The notes beneath the pieces are model-generated. The model ran no database searches and was not told the DNA's origin. It saw nothing but the letters and a program-made list of their open reading frames with translations. The position numbers and the translations under genes were made by a program. Positions 34,505 to 41,119 of a stretch of DNA of 43,865 bases are shown here, piece after piece. This stretch comes from Escherichia phage vB_EcolP_P433.1. The stretch lies in sequence record MN384978.1, one strand, 5' to 3'. Position 1 is the stretch's first letter. Every line of letters starts with the position of its first letter.

Positions 34505-37051
34505 TCAGTGTGTTTCTTTCCAGCTTGCACCTATCTTATACTCGCCTGCCATCGGGCAACGCATCTTCAGATACTGCCCTGCCCAAGTCATGGCGTCGGC
34601 AATGATATGCCCTGCACGGTGATAACGCCGCTGGCAATGAAGTACACCAGCAGTAGCATCAACACTAACGAGATTTGCAGCAGACCACATACGTCCCTCA
34701 GAATCCACATGAACACGTTTCTCCTCTGCATCGAACACTGCTTTCACAGCGGCCTTCTCTGTTTCAAAACCCTCTAAGGTGAAAGGCAGGTCGTAGTTAA
34801 GATACAAGACCTCTTCTTCAGGAACCTCCATCTGGATTTCATCATGCACGTTAGCTACACCACAAGGGTTTCCCATACTATCTAAGGCCACACCTTCCTT
34901 GCGCATAACTGCAAATGCCTTGACTAATGCGTATTTCATACACAAAGAACCTGTCATCTGGAGTAATACGTTAAGCATAGTGTGCTCTTTAAGTTCACCA
35001 CCAGACATACGGATGCGACCCCAATGCCCATCAGGTGCTTGTAGGTAGCCAAACTTGTTACCTTGTGCAATAACATTCTCGCGAAGACGTGCAAGGGATG
35101 GTAGTTCAATCTCAAATCTTGCCACAACTTCCTTCATTTCTTCCTCAGTAACACCACACACTGCTGCAAGGTTTGCTATACCAGAACCATAGAGGAAAGC
35201 ATATATAAATGTTTTCGCCATATCACGCTTAGGAAGCCCAGCCTTCATCTGGTTATGCGTATGTATATCACCATGCAGTACAATATCTTGGTATTCAGGG
35301 TCATTCATGAAGTGAGACAGCACACGTAGTTCAAGACCTGCACCATCACAACCTAGGATTAGCTTACCTTTACCTGCTATGAATAAATCACGTAAAGGAT
35401 ACAAGCCACGGGCAGGAATATTAACCACGTTACGATGACGCATACGGAACGTAGAAGTGCCAATACTAATAGCAACAGCTGGAACACGCCACTCTCCATC
35501 ATCCTTATCTGACGTAGGCCAGTGTCCATACCTTTCGTAGTATTGCTGCGCATTGACTCCTAGCTCCTTGTTAAATGCTACAGGTACAAGGCCACGACAC
35601 TTTCGTACACCAGCCTGCGAGGGCCACGTTCCTTTCTCGTTGAAGGCTTCAACGTCACCACGGTTGAGTATCTGACCACGACGGGATACGAGTATGTACC
35701 ATGCAGCGATACCCAAGCACCAATCAGGGACTGTTTTACCTTCACGTGCGGCTCTTTCTTGCCATAAAGTAAGGGACTTCTCATTTATCTTACCACTCCA
35801 AGGCTTAGGTAGGACACCATTTTCATCAAGGTATGCTTGCTCTGTGTCGTTGAACTCCACACCTTTCCATCCATAGTCATAGAGCACTTGCTTAACGGTG
35901 TCACGGTTTCCCAAGGGAATCTCTTCAAACGTAACGGGACTGTAAGCGCCAACCCACTTGATGCTTGGCGTGTCATTACGGTTTCCTCTAAGGTGAGGGA
36001 AATCTTTCTTGACAGAAGCACTCCAATCTCCAGACTTAGTTGTGACAGACCATACAGTCTTCCTATCTCCACGGCGCTCCGCATGTAGAAAGTGTGAGGG
36101 GTCGAGTACAGTTGGGATATTATTGTTTCTTCCATACTCATTTGCTTTTTGGCAGGTTTCATTCTTTTCTTCCGGTTTAAAAGGTTTAGACTTGATACGC
36201 ATAGGCATGTGCGGACGGAACGCTGCGACTGTCTCATCAATCTTAGCGTCCAGTTCTTCGCATCGCGCTAATGCCTTGTCGATATCCAGACGGAAGCCAC
36301 GCTCGGCCTGACGGCTCATCTCCAGCGCTACAATGGACTCCATGTGGAAGGCTGTCTCAATGCCTAGGCCAGTACGTTTATTCACGCCACGGCGTTTGTG
36401 CTCCGTCCATTCCCCATTAAATAGCCAGAGGAATAGGTCACGACCAATCGCCACGTCCTCACGTACGCGATGCACCATGTGGTCGGTCAGTTTAGACCAA
36501 TCTTCGTTCTCCGGCTTATAGCGGCCTATACGGATGCCGTGCGCCTCAATTGAGTGAGGGGCAACGTTACCCATACCTTTGGCATAAGCCTGAGGAGGGA
36601 GGCGTCTATCGGGGTTTAACAGGCGGCTCATGACCAGCGTATCCATGACGCGTACCGGACACAGGTCAGCACGGAGTCTGCCCTTGCCGCGCTTCTCGGT
36701 ATAGTTAAAGCCTTTCCAGATATCAGGGAATGCTTTCTCAAAGAGAAGCCCGTCATACCCTAGGAAGTTCTGTGACACGATAGCTTCACAGTGCTTCAGG
36801 AAGTTAACGCCGTCAACTAAGTCACCATCTTGATGCCCTTCCCACTCCTTCAGGCGTTCTCTTGCTTCAGGGTCACGCATCTCATATGGGTCAAAGAAGA
36901 GGAATTCCTCAGTGGTGAGCAAGTCCATGCAGCAAATGATGTGCACATCTTCGCGGTGTCCATATCGGATAGCATCAAGAAGACCCTTAGCCTCCGCATC
37001 CATTACTAGGATGCGGCCTTCTGCTTCCTTCTTCCAATCAATAATCTTCAT
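34505..37051 (-). CDS. DNA polymerase, family A with 3'-5' exonuclease domain (848 aa)
   Basis: Exo motif VMDAEAKGL; polymerase motif A GCDGAGLELRVL, motif B KTFIYAFLYGSG, motif C VHDEIQMEV, all close to the T7 gp5 equivalents. Confidence 0.9.
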   Translation of the reverse strand: MKIIDWKKEAEGRILVMDAEAKGLLDAIRYGHREDVHIICCMDLLTTEEFLFFDPYEMRDPEARERLKEWEGHQDGDLVDGVNFLKHCEAIVSQNFLGYDGLLFEKAFPDIWKGFNYTEKRGKGRLRADLCPVRVMDTLVMSRLLNPDRRLPPQAYAKGMGNVAPHSIEAHGIRIGRYKPENEDWSKLTDHMVHRVREDVAIGRDLFLWLFNGEWTEHKRRGVNKRTGLGIETAFHMESIVALEMSRQAERGFRLDIDKALARCEELDAKIDETVAAFRPHMPMRIKSKPFKPEEKNETCQKANEYGRNNNIPTVLDPSHFLHAERRGDRKTVWSVTTKSGDWSASVKKDFPHLRGNRNDTPSIKWVGAYSPVTFEEIPLGNRDTVKQVLYDYGWKGVEFNDTEQAYLDENGVLPKPWSGKINEKSLTLWQERAAREGKTVPDWCLGIAAWYILVSRRGQILNRGDVEAFNEKGTWPSQAGVRKCRGLVPVAFNKELGVNAQQYYERYGHWPTSDKDDGEWRVPAVAISIGTSTFRMRHRNVVNIPARGLYPLRDLFIAGKGKLILGCDGAGLELRVLSHFMNDPEYQDIVLHGDIHTHNQMKAGLPKRDMAKTFIYAFLYGSGIANLAAVCGVTEEEMKEVVARFEIELPSLARLRENVIAQGNKFGYLQAPDGHWGRIRMSGGELKEHTMLNVLLQMTGSLCMKYALVKAFAVMRKEGVALDSMGNPCGVANVHDEIQMEVPEEEVLYLNYDLPFTLEGFETEKAAVKAVFDAEEKRVHVDSEGRMWSAANLVSVDATAGVLHCQRRYHRAGHIIADAMTWAGQYLKMRCPMAGEYKIGASWKETH

Positions 37052-37190
37052 ACATTAACTCCGTTTCAATTTGGTAATCAGGGATTTCACGATTATCTCG
37101 CGGGTCAATGTAATGAAATTCTGTGTTAACTTCCCGCGATTCAATTTCATCACGTAGTTTAATGAGGTCTTGCATAGTAAATTTAGTCAT
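37038..37190 (-). CDS. possible small protein (48 aa, MTKFTMQDLIKLRDEIESREV...) overlapping the DNA polymerase start
   Basis: Not in the ORF track; ATG at 37190 preceded by GGAGGT RBS; overlaps the polymerase start by 14 nt. Confidence 0.35.
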   Translation of the reverse strand: MTKFTMQDLIKLRDEIESREVNTEFHYIDPRDNREIPDYQIETELMYEDY

Positions 37191-37221
37191 TTGATACCTC
37201 CAATCAATATGATGAAAGGCT

Positions 37222-37237
37222 GTCTCACGTGTGAGAC
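37222..37237. repeat. inverted repeat GTCTCAC-GT-GTGAGAC (18-bp perfect palindrome 37221-37238)
   Basis: Read directly; starts about 10 nt after the stop of the 68-aa gene, preceded by GTCAAGG and followed by GCCTTTCAT. Confidence 0.6.
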
Positions 37238-37247
37238 AACCCTTGAC

Positions 37248-37454
37248 TTATCGACTGCGTGTTACAGTTAATTTCTGGCCCATGTATTTACCTTGGTGTG
37301 GCTCCCAAGTTGCCTCCTTGATAACCTGTTCACGCGTCAGGCTATTCTTCTTTGCTTCAGCCATAGTTAACTGTGCAAACAGGAAGGCTTGGTTGGTAAT
37401 TTGCGCTTGCAGGTCTTCGTGACCATCAAACATCTTAAGGCTGTGTTTAGACAT
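37248..37454 (-). CDS. hypothetical protein (68 aa)
   Basis: ATG start at 37454 overlapping the end of the upstream ORF; no motif support. Confidence 0.4.
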   Translation of the reverse strand: MSKHSLKMFDGHEDLQAQITNQAFLFAQLTMAEAKKNSLTREQVIKEATWEPHQGKYMGQKLTVTRSR

Positions 37455-37701
37455 AAGAGATTGCTACCTCTACTTTACTACCTTCCCAATGACCGTGACC
37501 ACCATCATTGCTTAGTGTAGTGCCTACACCCCAGCCAATACCATTATCGTTCACATAAATAGTTCGACCTTCTTGATAAGATACAACAAAGACCATGCCT
37601 TTAGCGTTAAAACTTACAATACGCATACGGCCTTTAAATGTGCCACGACGTAACTGCTTCTGAGCACGCTTGATACAGCGTTTGATTGCACGTTGTTTCA
37701 T
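37447..37701 (-). CDS. hypothetical basic protein (84 aa)
   Basis: AAGGAG RBS before the ATG at 37701; Arg/Lys-rich N-terminus. Confidence 0.45.
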   Translation of the reverse strand: MKQRAIKRCIKRAQKQLRRGTFKGRMRIVSFNAKGMVFVVSYQEGRTIYVNDNGIGWGVGTTLSNDGGHGHWEGSKVEVAISYV

Positions 37702-37711
37702 GATTAACTCC

Positions 37712-38377
37712 TTAAATATTCACGTAGGTTTCTTCAGTAACGATAGGGCAATAGACTAGGTGAGCTTCATTGACAATGAAGCCAAGTAAACCCTGCTTCT
37801 TGATAATGTGATTAACTATAGCTGCAAAGTTCTTATTAGCTACATTACGAGGCGCACCCTGTTCTGTGATTGCATGGTCAATATCCATGATTCGCACAGG
37901 CACATTCGGATGCATCATAGCTTCGCCAATCTTCACCATAGCTTGCCCTGTGGATTTACCTAATGCACGAGTATTAAACTGTGTAACACCTAATGCAGTG
38001 CCACATAGCTTAATCATTTCACTTTGAGTCTTACCAGTGACTACATTGCGTCGCTCTTTCTTGAGTGTGGTGCGTGTACTACTCATAGGGTTATTGGAAG
38101 AGTTAAATACTTTCAACATCTGACTAGTGCAACGCGCACACACATGAGATTCGTTGACACTGTGTGTACAGGTGCATTGATGTGTTGGGTCTTCCACCTT
38201 CTCAAGGTATTTATGGACACAGGATTTAATGTAACCCTCTTCTACTTGGCTTTGTTGGTAACGAATATAGTATAAGTCCTTTGTTTTACTAATGACTACA
38301 CCTATCTCACGTTTGTGGTTGGAATATTTGTTTATGTTACGAACTTTGTCACCTACATTCAATACTAATTTATACAT
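37712..38377 (-). CDS. hypothetical protein with Cys/His zinc-ribbon-like motif (about 221 aa)
   Basis: HQCTCTHSVNESHVCARC cluster; start placed at ATG 38377 with GGAG RBS (track start is TTG). Confidence 0.5.
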   Translation of the reverse strand: MYKLVLNVGDKVRNINKYSNHKREIGVVISKTKDLYYIRYQQSQVEEGYIKSCVHKYLEKVEDPTHQCTCTHSVNESHVCARCTSQMLKVFNSSNNPMSSTRTTLKKERRNVVTGKTQSEMIKLCGTALGVTQFNTRALGKSTGQAMVKIGEAMMHPNVPVRIMDIDHAITEQGAPRNVANKNFAAIVNHIIKKQGLLGFIVNEAHLVYCPIVTEETYVNI

Positions 38378-38416
38378 AATCAATCTCCAGTTATTTAATG
38401 TACTTAATAAGAGCCT

Positions 38417-38432
38417 GTCTCACGTGTGAGAC
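38417..38432. repeat. inverted repeat GTCTCAC-GT-GTGAGAC with extended arms
   Basis: Read directly; about 20 nt after the primase-helicase stop; the transcript could form a stem of about 11 bp. Confidence 0.6.
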
Positions 38433-38453
38433 AAGCCCTGATAAATACACTAA

Positions 38454-40442
38454 TCAGAACTCACTTTCTTCATCGAAGCCGGTCTCTTCTATAGTGTCCG
38501 GTAAATCCGGTACTTCTTGTTGCCTTGCTTCCCCTGTATCAAATGACTTAGTACGGGCTTGTGGTTCCATTAAACGTCCGGTTTGAATGTCACCCTTAAG
38601 CATGACCTTGGTTCCAGTGTAGATACCTTGGTCGCGGTCTTTGACACATGAGATGTACGTGGTAGTCCTTTCATCAAGCGTTTCAGCTCTTGTATTACGC
38701 TCAATCCCCAAGGCGTAAGATGCCCAGAATCCGATAGCACCTGAGCCTCGGAAGTCAGAAAGGATAACTTCGCCACCTTCTTCGTGCTGGACTCGGTTTC
38801 CCGCAGGGCGAGTAAGGTGCGAGACAAGGAATATAGTAACTGGGTGTCTGTCTTTGATAGTACCAATCCGCTTGACGCATTCATCAAGTGCACCAACCTT
38901 CCCACCAAAAGCACGCTCATCTAATTTAATCCCCGTTAAGTTATCAATGATGATATTAGAAATACCCATAGCCTCAAACTCAAGGCAAGTCTGCTCTACC
39001 TTCTCCATTGAGTAGTCACCTTCTAGGTCAGCTACGAAGAGCTTCCCTGTATCAGCGACATAGTCAATGGCAGCATTAGCTTCTTCCTCAGTATAGTCGA
39101 ACACCTCGCGGTATCCATCTTCTTTCGGGTCGTTGGTTGGCGGTAGTTCAATACGCTTATCAATCCACTTGCCGATAAAAGCACGAGACACTTTGACCAT
39201 CGGGTCTTCTGTAGAAATAATGCCTACGGATTCACCGTGTTCTTCGATGAGGTGCTTAACCACTTCACGGAGGAACTCAGTCTTACCTACACCAGAGCCT
39301 GCGCCTACAATGATAAGCTGGTTCTTACGGATACCTAGCGTTACTTTGTTCAGCTTAGGCCAAGGCCATGACAGCCCTTGCTCTGGTCGTGCGGCCTTAA
39401 GTTTATCCCTTTGAGATGCAATAGATTTAATCTGGCTACCAAAGACTTCATCAGACGACTTGGCATTAAACCACGCATCTACAAATTCTTTAGCCTTGCC
39501 AGCCATCAATGCCTTATTGGCATCTTTGCACCCAGAAGGGTACTCAAGAATATAGGATTTGCCGGGAAAGAGGCGAGCCGCTTGTTGGTTCTGCTTCTGC
39601 CCTACTTCATCCCCATCGAAGCCCCAAATAATCTTCTTGAATTGGGCGATGTGTTCACGGTTCTGCACAATCTCTTCAAGGCAAGATTCACCCTTATTAA
39701 CAGACCATACGTGGTAGGGCTGGCCTTCCCACTTAGTGCCTTTGGCAGAATCAAGGAGCATCTGTTGTGCTGCTAGTGCATCAAGCTCTCCGCCTACAAT
39801 AAGCAAGCAATCCTTCCGTCTTCCCTTGTCTAACACGTGAGACAAAGTATTCATACCGAAAAGATCTTGCATACCAAAGAGCTTACCTAGGTGACCAAAC
39901 TTAAAGTCTTTAGGTAAGGTACGGCACTTAGCGCCTACTAGCTCACCTCTCTCGAAGCGTGGATAGTAATGCCGTGAGACTCTACCCTCTTCATCGTGTC
40001 CGACACGTACATCATACAATGCGCAAATGTCGCCGCGAATGTGTCGGGAAACAAGATTCTTACGCTTAAGCGTGAGGAACCATTCAACATCAAGTTTCCA
40101 CTCTGCTTCTTGGTCTGCCCTTTCTTGCTCATTCATGACCTCCCAACGGTCTTTCATACGCATACCACCAAGTGCGATGGCTCGCAGCTTAGGGTCGCTT
40201 ATCTTCCCTTCCCTCTCCATCTCTTTGAATTGAGAAGGTGTGTATTTTATGTTGCCAGTAATAGGCAACTCGGTGATCTCGATACCGCCGTCTGGCTTGT
40301 GGTAGTATGGCTTGCCATTATCATGGAAGTGACCACGGTTACAATAGCCAGCACCATCATCAAATATCATGAGATGGTTGCCGGATTTATCGTGTCCATT
40401 CTTCTGGCAAGCAGGGCACGGGATGTTATTAATAATAGCCAT
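38454..40442 (-). CDS. DNA primase-helicase, T7 gp4-like (662 aa)
   Basis: N-terminal zinc ribbon CPACQ...YCNRGHF; helicase Walker A GAGSGVGKTEF; acidic C-terminal tail ending in Phe (...TGFDEESEF) as in T7 gp4. Confidence 0.9.
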   Translation of the reverse strand: MAIINNIPCPACQKNGHDKSGNHLMIFDDGAGYCNRGHFHDNGKPYYHKPDGGIEITELPITGNIKYTPSQFKEMEREGKISDPKLRAIALGGMRMKDRWEVMNEQERADQEAEWKLDVEWFLTLKRKNLVSRHIRGDICALYDVRVGHDEEGRVSRHYYPRFERGELVGAKCRTLPKDFKFGHLGKLFGMQDLFGMNTLSHVLDKGRRKDCLLIVGGELDALAAQQMLLDSAKGTKWEGQPYHVWSVNKGESCLEEIVQNREHIAQFKKIIWGFDGDEVGQKQNQQAARLFPGKSYILEYPSGCKDANKALMAGKAKEFVDAWFNAKSSDEVFGSQIKSIASQRDKLKAARPEQGLSWPWPKLNKVTLGIRKNQLIIVGAGSGVGKTEFLREVVKHLIEEHGESVGIISTEDPMVKVSRAFIGKWIDKRIELPPTNDPKEDGYREVFDYTEEEANAAIDYVADTGKLFVADLEGDYSMEKVEQTCLEFEAMGISNIIIDNLTGIKLDERAFGGKVGALDECVKRIGTIKDRHPVTIFLVSHLTRPAGNRVQHEEGGEVILSDFRGSGAIGFWASYALGIERNTRAETLDERTTTYISCVKDRDQGIYTGTKVMLKGDIQTGRLMEPQARTKSFDTGEARQQEVPDLPDTIEETGFDEESEF
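38484..38506 (-). promoter_or_regulatory. phage RNAP promoter ATTTACCGGACACTATAGAAGAG inside the 3' end of the primase-helicase gene
   Basis: CCG sub-class at -12 to -10; lies within the last codons of the helicase ORF. Confidence 0.6.
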
Positions 40443-40660
40443 TAGTTCACCTTAATAGTTCTGGGTTGGTACGAGTCAGCTTTTCTACGCTTAGAGATAA
40501 ACTGCTTTGCATCACTTTCGGTGCAGAAGATAGCCTCTGTATCAGTATATCCAATAGGCATCATACATGTGACCCATATTAAGCCTAATACTTTACGTTG
40601 CACTATGTAACACTCTTGCCCGTGACTATTTAAACAGGTCTTGATTCTGTATTTAGCCAT
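40442..40660 (-). CDS. hypothetical protein (72 aa)
   Basis: ATG at 40660; its stop overlaps the primase-helicase start (TAATG). Confidence 0.45.
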   Translation of the reverse strand: MAKYRIKTCLNSHGQECYIVQRKVLGLIWVTCMMPIGYTDTEAIFCTESDAKQFISKRRKADSYQPRTIKVN

Positions 40661-40663
40661 AAC

Positions 40664-40792
40664 TTAGAACTCCCACGCTGCGCGTTTAGATGCACGGTCA
40701 CGGACAGGTTTATTCAGCTTCTTGCCTTTCTTCTGCCCTTCTTCCATGTCAAAACGGTTAGCTTTACGGGTCATCTTCTCAAAGTTACGCAT
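40664..40792 (-). CDS. gp1.1-like small basic protein (42 aa, MRNFEKMTRKANRF...)
   Basis: Not in the ORF track; GGAGA RBS before the ATG at 40792; the N-terminus MRNFEKMT and the length match T7 gene 1.1 product as remembered. Confidence 0.55.
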   Translation of the reverse strand: MRNFEKMTRKANRFDMEEGQKKGKKLNKPVRDRASKRAAWEF

Positions 40793-40817
40793 GGTTAAAT
40801 CTCCAAAGTGAGTTAGT

Positions 40818-40840
40818 CTTATCTATACTGTCCGGTAAAT
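40818..40840 (-). promoter_or_regulatory. phage RNAP promoter variant ATTTACCGGACAGTATAGATAAG
   Basis: G instead of C at -5 and a divergent initiation region; preceded 5 bp upstream by the palindrome at 40846-40861. Confidence 0.55.
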
Positions 40841-40845
40841 ACGAA

Positions 40846-40861
40846 GTCTCACATGTGAGAC
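40846..40861. repeat. inverted repeat GTCTCAC-AT-GTGAGAC
   Basis: Read directly; abuts the upstream edge of the promoter at 40818-40840. Confidence 0.6.
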
Positions 40862-41004
40862 AACCTAGGTCTGCCCTTCCTCTAAGTAGTAATAATAGGA
40901 AGGAAGAAGGTAATAGGTATTCCTAGGTAAACCTATATAACCTTTAATACCTATTATTTCCTTTTATATCCTTATCTTCCCTCCTCTTTCCCATCTCCGA
41001 TGGT

Positions 41005-41027
41005 TTCTCCTATAGTGTCCGGTAAAT
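41005..41027 (-). promoter_or_regulatory. phage RNAP promoter ATTTACCGGACACTATAGGAGAA
   Basis: First phage promoter downstream of the polymerase gene; CCG sub-class. Confidence 0.7.
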
Positions 41028-41031
41028 ATGA

Positions 41032-41047
41032 GTCTCACATGTGAGAC
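41032..41047. repeat. inverted repeat GTCTCAC-AT-GTGAGAC
   Basis: Read directly; about 75 nt after the polymerase stop and 4 bp upstream of the promoter at 41005-41027. Confidence 0.6.
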
Positions 41048-41119
41048 ACTTTATGTTAATGAAATGTTACAGGTAGTGGGTAAAGAAAAGGCCACTCCCG
41101 AAGGAATGGCCTATCAATA

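Noticed and set aside
39826-39845. Eighth palindrome copy GTCTAAC-AC-GTGAGAC inside the primase-helicase coding sequence
   Set aside because: One mismatch from the consensus and located within a coding region, unlike the intergenic copies; it may be a chance partial match.
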